From: Histomonas meleagridis 2922-C6/04-290x
Taxonomy: Eukaryota; Protista; Parabasalia
Assembly (NCBI GenBank): GCA_020184695.1
Contig: JAANOX010000021.1
Span: 95,204 to 159,203, forward strand
DNA length: 64,000 bases
Reading direction: 5' to 3'
Under the pieces are notes generated by a model. The model saw only the letters and a list, made by a program, of their open reading frames with translations, was not told where the DNA came from and did not search any database. The position numbers were made by a program, and so were the translations under genes. Positions 11,893-24,800 of the stretch are shown here, in pieces; the stretch's first letter is position 1, and each line of letters begins with the position of its first letter.

Positions 11893-12756
11893 ATGAATGA
11901 AGAAGTATTAGATAATGCTCTAATTACACCTATGTATGAAAAATACCCTCTATCCCAGAATGGCATATGTGCTTTTATAAAAGCTCCTCTGGGATCAGGT
12001 AAATCTTATACTTATTTAAAATTATCTGCATATCAAGAAGTCTTATTTAATGAACCTCATTCTGAATTAATTGTAATATGTTTTACCAGGAATAAATTTG
12101 ATGAAACAGTAAATAATTATAAAATATTAATTAAAAAAAGTAAACTTGTAGCTATGGAAGATGTTCATTTATTAGATCATTCAAATAAATATATGGAACT
12201 TGTTTTGAAACGTAAATAATTTCATTACAAAATATATTAACAGTAATTATAAAGAAATCGATGAAGAGTTAACAAGAATTTTAAATAAACATCACCTTAA
12301 TAACGAACATAGTAAGTTTCGAGTCTCCGGTGAGACTGATAATGAAAAATTATTAAAATATATATCATTGAAATTAATTAAATATAATTGGAAAACATAT
12401 TTTCATTCATGTTTTTAATTTTAGATGATTTTGCATCTCATACTTTGTTGAGATCTAATAAAACTGATCTCTCGAGATCACTCAAAAAATTAAGAAATTT
12501 AAATATTAATGTTATAATATGTGTTCAAACTGTAAAATTTATATATAAAGATATAAAAAGAACATTAAATGATATAATATTATTTCCAGGTATTTCTAGA
12601 GAATATTACTATGAATTAATAAAAGAGATTCCTGCTAGTTGTTTTAATGTTGTTCAGATGTGGAATGAATATAGTAAAATCAAAGATCTACACACCAGAT
12701 TCAATATATGGATAAAAGTTAGAAGGATTACCTTAACTTTACCAAATAATTTTTAA
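11893..12756 (+). pseudogene. FtsK/HerA (A32-like) packaging ATPase of Maverick/Polinton-like type, frameshifted
   Basis: Walker A APLGSGKS, Walker B LILDDF and KLRNLNINVIICVQ (A32-type R-x-x-N...Q motif); joining the parts needs two frame changes. Confidence 0.7.
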
Positions 12757-12846
12757 GTAAAAATAGAATACCTTGTTTATATATAAGAATTATTTCATGA
12801 TCCGGAGTTTCTAAGAAACTTTTTATATTATTTTACTTATATAAAT

Positions 12847-13320
12847 ATGGAGTCATTTGAAGAGTATATTATATCTGAATATAATGATAAATGTAAAGTT
12901 GTTAATTTTAAATATTATCATTTTATATTTACGGAAATAGATAAAAGAACTATAAAACCTATCAAACAATGTATTATTTTCGTTAATGGAAAGTTTTACG
13001 ATGATAAACTTAATATATTGAATTTTTTGGATTCCAAATTTATTAATAATATGCTTGCTAGCAAAAATATCAGAAAAGAAACTTACTAATATATCATTAT
13101 CTGAAGTTAATAATAAGTTTATGAATGCTAAGAATGAAATAATCAAATGTATCAAATATAAACTAACAGTAAAATGCAATAAAATCAAATCTAGAATAGA
13201 TGATTCAAATGAGTGTTTTGATATCTTCAATTGAAGATTTTAGAAAATGATATTAAAAATAATGTTGAAAATAAAAAAGTAATTGATAATAATAAACACG
13301 TGAAATTTGATATGTAAATT
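12847..13320 (+). pseudogene. Decayed unknown ORF downstream of the ATPase
   Basis: 80-aa ORF whose apparent continuation is frameshifted and contains stops. Confidence 0.3.
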
Positions 13321-13527
13321 TTGCAAAAACTATTACCCCGTAGGCTAAATAACACTGTTGATTATTTTTGTATAATTTATGTAAAAATCAATATTGCAGA
13401 AAACATGATGATTTATGTTATTTTTATAAGTATAATTGTATGGACGTGATGGTGGACGTTGGACGAGATAAAAGGTCCTAAAAAAATGAGTTTTAGCTTT
13501 AGCTTTTTTTGAATGATATTTTTACAA

Positions 13528-13610
13528 CAATTTATTTACACAATTATATATTCAACGAATTTATTTATACAATTATATATTCAACAAATTCATTTACACA
13601 ATTATATATT
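13528..13610. repeat. 29-bp tandem repeat, ~2.8 copies
   Basis: Unit AATTTATTTACACAATTATATATTCAAC plus 1 base. Confidence 0.85.
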
Positions 13611-13976
13611 TATCATATTTATCATGTTTTAGTGCACTAATTTTTTATAATAATCTGCAAATAAAAAGTGACAGTAAATAATTGAGTAGTTTATTCGGAT
13701 GGGTCCCAATTATCCTTTTTGTTTCAGAATACAATTGTCGCCCCTCCAATGAACATGTTAACGGTCACTAAACCTTATTGTTTATACCTTTCTAAAAAAT
13801 CATAAATAAAAAACATTAAATAGCAAACAAAATTTTAACTCCTTTTTAATTAGTATTCTTAAATTTTTGATTTTTTTTACCAAAATCATCATCTCATCGG
13901 TTATCTTTAACGTTGTCAGAAACCATTGTTTCGGTTTACAACCACCAAATTCACATAAACCGTCATGATGGTTTAA

Positions 13977-13983
13977 TCATTTT
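13977..13983 (+). promoter_or_regulatory. Trichomonad initiator (Inr) element
   Basis: TCATTTT ends 4 nt upstream of the Ras ATG and fits the parabasalid Inr consensus (TCAYT-type). Confidence 0.6.
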
Positions 13984-13987
13984 GTAA

Positions 13988-14565
13988 ATGACCGACTGCA
14001 AAGTTGTTGTTTTTGGTGCTGGTGCCGTTGGTAAATCTGCTCTTACAATCCAATTTGTCCAAGGTTACTTTATTACTGATTATGATCCAACAATTGAAGA
14101 TTCCTATAAACGTGTTTTACTTGTCGATAATGAAAACGTTCAACTTGATATTCTTGATACTGCTGGTCAAGATGATTTTGCACCCATGAGAACATCATAC
14201 ATGAGACAAGGTAAAGGATTTATCATCGTTTATGCGATTGATGACCGTGCTTCATTCGAAGAAGCAGAGGCATTTTACCGTGACCTCTCAAGGACAAAGG
14301 GAACATCAAATGTCCCAGTTGTTCTTTGTGGTAACAAATGCGATCTTGAAGATAAACGCGTCGTTAGCAAAACCGAGGGTGAAGAACTTGCTCAAAAGCT
14401 TGGTGCAACTTTCTACGAAACGTCCGCCCTTGCTAATATTAATATCGAAAATGCTTTCACTGCACTCGTAAGAAAAATCCGTGAGCAAAGTTCTCCTGCT
14501 CAGCCGAAAACACTGTCAAAAAAGGTAAAAAAGAGAAAAAGAAAGGAAAATGCACTCTTCTCTAA
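13988..14565 (+). CDS. RAS: Ras-family small GTPase (left-arm copy, 1-bp deletion near the C-terminus)
   Basis: GAGAVGKS, YDPTIEDSY, DTAGQ, NKCD and ETSA motifs. The mirror copy restores the CAAX end CTLL. Confidence 0.95.
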
Positions 14566-15371
14566 AAAATAAGGCGTTGCGCTAATTTTCACTTTTTTGA
14601 CTTTTTGAGTGAAATTTACTCGGTGCTGAACCAAGGCATTTAGGTGTCTCGTAACCATACATTGAGTTCTATTGATGGTGAGAGTACGTGTTATTATATG
14701 AGCTAGACTGTTGTGGGGTACTTGGGGAAATGCACTTTTTCCCATACCAAAAATTACATTAATACAAGAATCGCTGAAGTACAGTAGTATTTAAAGTTGT
14801 TGGTATAAATTTGATGAGTGTAATTTAGAAAAATGATTATAAAATTTTTATATGAAATACTCGTTTTTAAATTTTGTTGTAATTTTATGATCAAGCTCAG
14901 AGCTGGGAAAAACTCAAGCTTTGCGAAAAATATTTTTACTCGTTTTGAATAAATAAATATCATATATAATGTTAATAATATTTTCATCAATTAATTAAAA
15001 TTCGATAAAGAGATTCCGCAATATAACAATTTTATTATTAGTGAAACAAAGTATACAAAAATTCAAAAACATGATTGAAATCAATTTTTCATTTTTTATT
15101 TTGAATTTTTCATTGAATATAGTACTAGTTTTCATAGTTTTGCTTATGACCAGCATAAGTCGTGCAGTTGATAAAAATAAATCAAGTTTTGGAATAATTT
15201 TCAACGGTGACTAATCAATTCACAAGCAAAAACAATCCAAAAACTGATGACATAATTACCTTGTAACAAAAAAAAAATGACATAATACAAGTTATCAAAT
15301 TTCCGACTTGGAAAAATTGTTGTTCTAGAAAAACAAATTTGAAAATAGTGATTTCTACTATAATTTTTATT

Positions 15372-17284
15372 TCATTTGTTTGAGTTTTGAACTTTTCTAT
15401 GTTCCGCAAAAAGAAATTTTGCTAATGCATCAATTGGGTCATCAGGCATCTTTTTACCTACCTCAATTAGTCCTTTTATTATGTGCTGCATAATTTCTTC
15501 TTCGATATAATTTTCCAAATCTTTCGCTTTTTCGGATAAGAAATTTGAATCGACTGTTTCAAGTCGCGAAACACAAACCTGATGAATTGCATCGCCTTGC
15601 TTCCATTTCTCTGTTTCTTCTTTAAGTTGTTCTTTGCGTTGTTGCTTTTGTTCGTTTTCTTTAACTTTCTTCAAACGTTCTCTTTCGGCAATTTCGGCAT
15701 CGACTTCCTCCTGTGGCCTTCCGAAATCTCTTTTTGGACCAATAAAATCAAAAATGATGTCATTGGTTTCTCCAAGAGCATCGCAAATTAAAGATGGAAT
15801 TGCACGATCATAACAAAATTCGATTATGTTATCATCACCATCATTATCTTTCCGATACCTTCTAAGTTCTTTTTGAAAGCTCTTGTAATCGTCACTAGTT
15901 TGAGCAGCAATTTCTTCAAGTTCTTTATCCCGTGCATCTAATACAATTACATGGGTTGGTATATGTTCGAAATAAGGACTTGCTTGTTCTTCTTCTCCTT
16001 CGTCGAACAATTCGCCTGCTTTTTCTATGTTATCTGCAAAACCACATATAACCCAACCATGATTTCTACAATCTCTTTCTGCCATTCTCCGATGTACCAC
16101 GTCACATATGACCTCGTTACTGATGATACCTTCATTCTCTTCAACGATTGATTTGATTTCATGTCCAAATTCGGAATCTTCTTTTTGAACATCATAAACA
16201 ATTCCTAACGTATCAATTAGGGGTGCCCCAATATGATCGGCTATCGTTTGACCAACTTTGACAAATCCTGATGCAGGAGGTCCAATTACAAGAACTTTAA
16301 GAGGCGTAAGATTATACTTTTCACGAAATTCATCAACAACTTTAGCAGCACATGATATAATTCCATCTCCACAAAATAAATCATCTGGTTCAACATCATT
16401 CAAAAATGTTGATTCAGATGGAAGATCAACAGTTAAAATTAACTTTTTGTAGCTCAGGAATATCTTCGTTAAAATCACAAGTTTTTCCATCTGCAAGAAT
16501 ATTACTGAAAGCTTTTGCAATTTGTTTGAGAGTTGGACAATTTTGTTCTGAAAGTATAAAATAAGGAGAGTGTAAATTTTCTTCATCTTCGGTATCATCT
16601 TGTGAAGTAAGTAGAATGTGTTTAACAGCTACTCCAAGGTTTCCTACGTGGATACAAGAAATGTGTGATTTAGAAGATGGGAAATAATCAGTTTTATTCT
16701 CCCAAAAAAAAAAAAAAAAATGGGAAGAAAATATGTTCTCCATACCCATATAGTAAACCAACACCAAATATATAAACTTTAAGTCTATCAATTTCTTCAT
16801 TGACTTGAAGTGCCCTTGATTCAAGAAGATATTGTTTTTTGGCAGCTTTGTGCGGAATGCGAGTGAGATAACCTTCTTCAAGAATGTAGTCTTCAGGATT
16901 AGGTTCATCATTTTCTTCCTCATTTTCATGACTCTCTTCTTCTTCTTCATTGTTTTTCTCTTTTTTAACACGACCTCCCCAGGTTAGTAATGTTGAAAAT
17001 ATTACAAGCGAGATTTTATGATGTAATGGATTGGAGTTGACAATATCAAGGGCTTCTTCAACAGATTTAGTGTCTTCAACCATATCAAAAACTGAAAGCA
17101 TAGTTGAGAGTATACCTTCTTTGCGAGAAGAAACAAGATGGATATTGGGATTTGGCGCCGATTTTCCATATCCAAAAACAGTGAAACCAGCTAAAGAAAG
17201 AAAATTAGAAACGGCAGAGCCGATGTAACTATCACAATTATTTACAAATATCTTGTAATCTGAGGCAGGTTTTTCTTCTTCCAT
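15372..17284 (-). CDS. AK7: Adenylate kinase 7-like protein (Rossmann-like N-terminus, P-loop, C-terminal Dpy-30 motif)
   Basis: ORFs 16694-17284 and 15372-16598 are one gene split at a poly-A run (~16705-16720) where the mirror reads open. VLVIGPPASG P-loop; C-terminal IIKGLIEVGKKMPDDPIDALAKFL. Confidence 0.75.
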
Positions 17285-17498
17285 CCAATCTAACGGAAGA
17301 CGTTAAATTCTATCGACGGTTATTTATGAAAAAAAAAACGTTAAAGTTGATTTCATTTCGAATTCCTGTTTAACGTACCAATTAAAACATATCATCATCG
17401 AAACCTCCTTAGTATTCATGGAGTGTTGCTCCTTTAGCAATAACATGAGTAAAAGTTTGAGATTTCAAGTTATTAAAGCTCTTATTGAATAAAAATAT

Positions 17499-20400
17499 CT
17501 ATGTGGTCTTAACAATTCCTTCTTTGCTAAGGAGTAATTCAACTATTTTTGTGTAACCTTTGTATTTCGCATAATCAAGTGCTGTTTTAAAAATTATCAT
17601 GAAATTCCAAAAAATATAATCAAATATTAAATTATTAAAGCATTCATTAAAAATTTAATATAAATATCTTTGGCATTAATATCTATTCCTTTTTGCTCAA
17701 GAAGCAATTCAACTGTTTCTATACAATTATGTTGTGTTGCTCCAATAAGCGCTGTTGCAAATAATCTAAATAAATTCCTAATTTTATTTTGAAATATTAA
17801 ATTATTAAAATAAATATTAAATAAAACACATAAATATCTTTTTGGCATTAATATCAATTCCTTCTTGTTCAAGAAGTAATTTAACTGTTTCTAGATAACC
17901 ATTATAAGATGCTTTCATAAGTGCTGTTTCATATAATTTAAATCAATTCCAAATATTATTTTGAAATATAAAATTATTAAAATAAATTTCAAATATAAAA
18001 AATAGACATCTTTAACATTAATATCAATTCCTTTTTGGTCAAGAAGTAATTGAACTATTTCTGTATGACCATTTCTAGATGCATACATAAGTGCTGTCTT
18101 AAATAACTTAAATAATTTCTAAATATTATTTTGAAATATTAAATTATTAAAATAAATATTAAATAAAACACATAAATATCTTTGGCATTAATATCAATTC
18201 CTTCTTGTTCAAGAAGTAATTTAACTGTTTCTAGATAACCATTATAAGATGCTTTCATAAGTGCTGTTTCATATAATTTAAATCAATTCCAAATATTATT
18301 TTGAAATATAAAAATTATTAAAATAAATTTCAAATATAAAAAATAGACATCTTTAACATTAATGTTAATGTCTTTTTGTTTGAGAAGTAGTTTAACTATT
18401 TCTGAATGACCATTATAAGATGATAACATTAGTGCTGGATTTAATAATATCTAAAAAAAACATCTGATACATAAATTTCGTTTTTAGATTTATTTAGTAA
18501 AAATTTGATCATCTCTATAAAACCTTTTTCAGCAGCAAAAATAAAATCACTAAATAAATTAAAGAATTTTTAAATTATTCAAATTTACACTGAATAAAAT
18601 AAAAATACATTTTTAGTATTCATGTCAACTCCTTCATATTTTAGAAATAATTTTAGAATTTCAGTATATTCATAATGAAGTGCGACCATAAATGCTGTTT
18701 GAAATAATAAAAATAATTTTTAAATTTTATTTCAAAACATCAAATTATGCAAATAAATATTAAATATAATAAAAAAATATCTTTGGCATTCATATCAATT
18801 CCTTCTTGTTCAAGAAGTAATTTAACTATTTCAACATAACAATATTGAGATGCACAAATAAGTGGTGTTTTATAAAACATTATGAAATTCCAAAAAAATT
18901 CTAAAAACATTAAATCTTTAAAACAAATAACAAATAAAATTTTTAAATATCTTTAAGATTGATATCATTTCCTTCTTGTTTAAGAAGTAATTTAACTATT
19001 TCAATATGTCCATATAAACATGCAATAAAGAAAGCTGTTCGAAATAATTTAAATAATTTCCAAATATTATTTTGAAATCCAAAATTTTTAAAATAAAATT
19101 TAAATAAAACAATTAAATATTTTTAGCATTAGGATCAATCCCTTCTTGTTCAAGAAGTAATTTAACTATTTCTGTATGACCATTTTTTGAAGCTAAAATA
19201 AGTGTTGTATTAAATAATTTAAATAATTTTCAAATATTATTTTGGAAGATTAAGTTACTTAAATAATTCTTAAAAATTATAAATTAATATCTTTAGTAGT
19301 AATATCAATTCCTTCTTGTTCGAGAAGTAATTTAACTATTTCTGTATAACCTTTTTGGGAAGCTATCAAAAGTGCTGTTTCAAATAGAATTTAGAAATAT
19401 TAAAATCCTTAAATAAATTATCAATAAAATTTAAAAACAAATTTTGTATTTTTAATACTTTTCGATTCTAGAAGATATTTAACGATTTCAGCATTTCCTT
19501 TGTTAATTGCTAATTTAAATTCTTCACTAAATTATTCAATTTAATTCTAAATTTTATGCTGAAATATCAGATTATTAAAATAAATTTCTTTTTTATTCTT
19601 TTCAGTTTCTTCTTTCTCAACTAGAATTTTAAAAATTTCAGGATATCCATAATAAATTGATCTCATAATTACTCGACGAAATAAATTGAATGATTCCCAA
19701 ATATTATTTCGGAACATTAAACCATAAAAATAATTTTTAGTGATATCAATACCTTTTTTTTCAATAAGGCTTTTTATTATTTCTCTGTAACCTTTTTCAG
19801 ATGCATGCATAAGTGCTGTCCAAAATATTTTAAACAATTTCCAAATATTATAATGAAATATTATTTGAATATAATAAATTTGACGCAAAACAAATAAAGA
19901 TCTTGAGCATTAAAATCAATATTTTCAAGAAGTAATTTAACTATTTCATTATGGCCATTTTTTATTGCAAATATAAGTGGTGTTTGAAATAATATAAATA
20001 ATTTCCAAATATTAGAATGAAATATTATTTTAATATAATAAATTCGACGCAAAACAAATAAAGATCTTTAGCATTAAAATCAATATTTTTTTGTTCAAGA
20101 AGTAATTTAACTATTTCATTATGGCTATTTTTTATTGCAAAAAAAAGTGCTGAATAAAATATTATAAAAATATTTCACGAAATTTTCCTTAAAAATAGCA
20201 AAACGGAAAGAAAAATAACAAGCAAAACAAATAAAGATCGCGAGCATTAAAATCAATATTTTTTTGTTCAAGAAGTAATTTCACTATATCTGTGTAACCT
20301 TTCTGAGATGCATACATAAGTGCTGTTTTAAATATTTTAAATGTTTTCCAAATATTAAATTAAAATAAAAAATTATTAAAATAAATTTGAAATAAAACAA

Positions 20401-21287
20401 ATAAATCATTCTTTCATTAATATTAACACTATTTTGTTTTAAAGCGTATTGTATGAGTTCAATATACGCTCCTGATTTCAATAATTTAAATAAAGCAGCA
20501 TAAGGAAGATTATTTTTACAAATATGTTTCATAAGATATATATTATTTGCATTTAGAAAATATTGCAGATTTTTTTCTGTAATACCAAATTTTTCTACCA
20601 AAAATGTTAAAATTTCATAACTTTGATAGAAAATACAAACCTCTTCTAAGTTTTCTCCGTTAGTGATTTCTAATTCGTTTTCATAAATATAATGAAAAAC
20701 ATCACTTCGATGAAATTGAATTGCTGTTTCATATGCACCTTTAAATGAAGAATGATTTTGTTCACATATATGAATGATTTCTTCATTCCCACCTGCAACT
20801 GCATATTTACCTGTATTTTTGACTTTTGCACCATTCATAAGTAAATATTTAAAACATTTAATTGCAGAAAAAAATGCTGCAAAATCAATTAATGAAACAT
20901 TTTCTTTGTTAACAAATGAGCATCTTTCATAAAGTGATGGTTCAATTGTTTGATTAAAATCGAAATTTGTTTGGGATGATATTTTCTTGAAGTTTTTCTA
21001 TTTCATCATTTCGAATTATTTTTGCTATTTCATTTGGATTAACACCTTCTTTAACATATTTCTTATGAAGTTCCCAATCATTCTTTGAAAGTATATTGTA
21101 ATTTTGAACAAAAGATAATTCAATTCTATATTTACAATATGTATCCATAATTCTATTTATTGATGTTTTGTAATGTGAAAAGTATTTTGATTTTATGTTA
21201 AGTGCAATTCTTGAATCGATGACATTTCTCTCAATCAATCTCTCGATAATCTTTGTTGAGATTATTTTCTAGTTTTTTATCACACAT
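17499..21287 (-). CDS. DUF3447-type N-terminal domain plus ~18 ankyrin repeats interrupted by AT-rich linkers
   Basis: LIDFAAFFSAIKCFKYLLMN...AVAGGNEEIIHICEQ domain followed by 30-codon cores (TALMxAS...EIVKLLLEQEGIDINAKD), each separated by a frame-breaking linker. The 5' end needs a frameshift, so the start is uncertain. Confidence 0.8.
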
Positions 21288-21435
21288 TTATATGACCTTT
21301 GAAGTAAAAATTAAAACGGTCACCACCGATAGACAGGCAATTTTATAAGATACTTTATTTAATGTTTTCCATTAAACATGTTTTCCCATACCATACAATA
21401 TATATTATATCGATTGATAAATAAATTTTCGAAAA

Positions 21436-21506
21436 TTGTTGGTCTAGTGGAATGATTCTCGCTTTGGGTGCGAGAGGGTCTCGGAGTTCGATTCCCGAAT
21501 CGCCCC
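21436..21506 (+). tRNA. trnP: tRNA-Pro(TGG), corrupted mirror copy
   Basis: Same sequence as 47688-47759 but with the 5' acceptor strand garbled and two extra bases. Confidence 0.6.
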
Positions 21507-21809
21507 GAATTTTTTTAATTAACAACTTAACTTGAATTTTTTTTGCTTTTCTTCTTACGCAACATTCATTTCCGCTGATAAAAGTGATGACACAAAGTCC
21601 AAAATTGATTTTTGTTGGTAAATAAGGAAAATTAAAAAATAGCTTTCAATTGAATATTCATTAAATTCAAAAATTTTTTTTATAATTATTAGTAATATTT
21701 GAAATCAGTTTCTATACTTGCCTAGTCCGTACATTTGTTGAAGATCTTTAACCACATCGCCAATCTTCATATCTTTTTTTACCTTTGTTAGACAGTATAT
21801 AGCATCCAG

Positions 21810-24800
21810 CCAGTTTCCGCGTTTCATTTCTACTAAATGTGAATGGGCTTGAGTACATTCTGCCTTTGAACGATACTATCATCAATGCTAATGGTATGGA
21901 AATAAGATCAACAGCATTTTCCACTTTTGCGTCGTGGGGGTTTTCCGTTTGAAGGGAGACCGTTACACGTCATTGAACCTGCAGACCACGCAACTCAGAG
22001 TGCATATCACCGAAATCACCATTAACAGGATAGTAATATGCAGTGATTTTGATCAGTTGGAAATTGAAGGATTAGTGCCCATAACTTTGCCGTATTATAA
22101 CGCTGATGGTCTTCACTGACAGATTTTGGCGACTTCGTTAACGCACCGAAGCTGATTCATGAATGTAGCGGTTCAGTCCAGGTGGAACATCACCGCCCAT
22201 GAGATAATTCAGAATATTTCGTACTTCATCGCGATGAATGAATAGCCATGTAAAATACCAGTTATCGTTGCAAATTGAGTAAAGCCGATAAAGGACAGTA
22301 TAATGTAAGCCGAAGGCAGATTTACTTCTTCAAGAGAAGGAAAATATTTCACTGAATATTGTAAGAGCCTAAAAGCGAGCAGAAATATAATTTGTCCATC
22401 AAATAAAAGTTCTACATCCAACTGTTTCACTTCACATTCATTAACTTGTTATTTTGTTTTAATGTAAGCGGTAACAACCACCACCAAGGATTAATTTTTC
22501 ATAGTCGCCAGTGCTTTGCCTAACACGTTAACATTTCAGCTTGAACATTTAAACAACAGAAAATTCTGACTTTTTGACCAGTTCAGACAACAGCTTGATT
22601 GATGCCAACACAGAAACAATGAGATTCAACATTCCTTAAAGATAACCACAAATATTATAAACCATCTTGTTAACTCACTTATTTTTGCTTACATTTTAGG
22701 CTCAAAGATACCAGATTTGAGTATTACCTTTTTTCCAAAGGTTTGTTGGTACAACTTTTTCAGCACCATCCACGGCAACGGTTGTCGCTTGTTAATTGTA
22801 CTCCAATATTCTATTATACTCCGACTATCTGTTTAATTTTCGTTACTTGCAAGCTGATATTTCTTCTTTTCATCCAAAATTAGATTGAGTTTTTTTGATA
22901 GATATTTTATAATTAAGAATTTTTTAACTATTATCATTTGCTACCTTAAAAACAAAATGTTTTGTAAAAGCATTATCATAACAAGATTTGTGTTTATAAT
23001 AAAATATTTCAATAGTTTATCGAATACCTTAATTTAATTTGATAACAGGTCGAAACAATGTTAAACCAATTTGTGACGATAGCATATAAAAAGTTACTGA
23101 ATTTGAGTTGTCCACTAGTGTTCAAGTTAAATTTGACTTGTAAATTCTTCAGATTAGCTTCAGTGTTTCATGAATTGATGCAGTAAACTATAAAGTTTAA
23201 CGCAAATAAAGGATAGATTTCTCTGTATGGCAAAGATACCGATTTTACTATTGTGAATAAAGATATTTCGCTTGAAAGCATTTACTGTGTAATCGAAAGA
23301 AGTTTTTTAGTATGTCATCCAACGAAAACAAGAAAGAAGGAAATTTTACATACGAAGAAGATCAGAAATCTCTGTTCAACTGTCCAGCAGAAACGCCGCA
23401 TTAAACCCATTGTTCATCATGAAAACAAGAACAGCGAGACAATGCAGAAAGATGAAATTTTATCACCCTCAACAGGTAACAACTTGGACACTATTAAGAC
23501 AGAATCTTATTTCAAAAGATAATGAATATGGATCTAGGCTTATCATTGTAAGTTCTTAAAGGACAACTTTAGACCTGTGGTGAATGGAATGTTGTCAGAA
23601 AGTAAGGTTGGCCATGAGAACTCAGAAGAAGATCGTTATTGCAAGACAATCAATTAGCAAGACAACTTAAAGACATGGAAACAAACAATATTACTGAAGA
23701 TCCAAAACTCCAATATTTGATCAACCATTTTCAGCCGATCCCAGCATTTTGACATTGCCACCACATACTAGTCTGCTTGAAATGAAATACATGAATTACT
23801 TCACATAAAAACAGCTTTATTCGGCGAATAGCTGCTGTACTACTTGCAATCGAAATTTTCTATCAGCAGCATAAGGGAAAACATGAGTGTTGGCACAGCA
23901 ATCATGTTCCATTAAAACAAACTACTAATGGTCAGATCTGATACAAGAAAAGTTCCCCGATCAGCAACGTACTTCGATTTCCAATCGTTTTTTTGCTGGC
24001 AGTTATAACATCAACGTTTTTGCCTTTCTTTTGAAAGAAGTATCAAATTCTGAGAGTTCTCCAACTGGTTCTATTGAAGTATAAATAAAATCAAATATTT
24101 CTATGCTCCACACTAATTGTGTGATAGAAGAAAATCAAATCATTTTTGTTAAACAAATTGAATGATGATTTCAATGGCGTCGTTTTCATGGAATTGACCA
24201 GTGTTGTCTGCGGTCATAAAAAATGATTATTAGGTCTCGAACTTTTGAATATGCATTACAAAATTCTGTATGGATTCACATTTTCTTAAAGAAACTTTAT
24301 TGGTTAAAATTAATAACATTATATTTGCAAAACAAAATGAACATGTGTTAATATTTAATGGCAAAATAAGGTGTGATAAAACTACAGCACACATGTCAAA
24401 AGAACAACATGATTTTTTATATATTTTGAAAAAATAGTCTGAGGGCCAAATAGATTCAATGGCCTCAATAGAGGCACCATTGGATTCATATTTTGGATTT
24501 ATGATTCTGATTCATTGAACATATTAAAAAATCTGATAGTCATATTTATATAGTCTTTAGTAATTATAAACAATATTAGACTTCACATCAAAAATATTAT
24601 GTTGAATAATAGAATGTTATAATATGCCTTTTATTTGACCTTGTAATTTCAAAGTTATACATATAGTATAGTCAATGACAAAGACGAATTCCATGGTCGT
24701 TATAAATCCGGTCATCTATTCTATCATAACTCAGTAATATTTTATGATATCTACCTGTTTACTGTAATGGTGTACATCCTTCATTATTCTACAATTAATG

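Noticed and set aside
17499-20406. Ankyrin linkers as ordinary spliceosomal introns
   Set aside because: No consistent GT...AG and no ACTAAC branch motif. The one GT...AG candidate (mirror 50452-50510) would splice directly into a TGA.
17499-20406. Simple -1 ribosomal frameshift reading through each linker
   Set aside because: The -1 frame is open in a few linkers but has stops in many others, and no shared X XXY YYZ slippery site was seen.
17499-20406. CRISPR-like repeat-spacer array
   Set aside because: The units are ankyrin-coding and much too long, both parts are homologous between units, and there are no cas genes.
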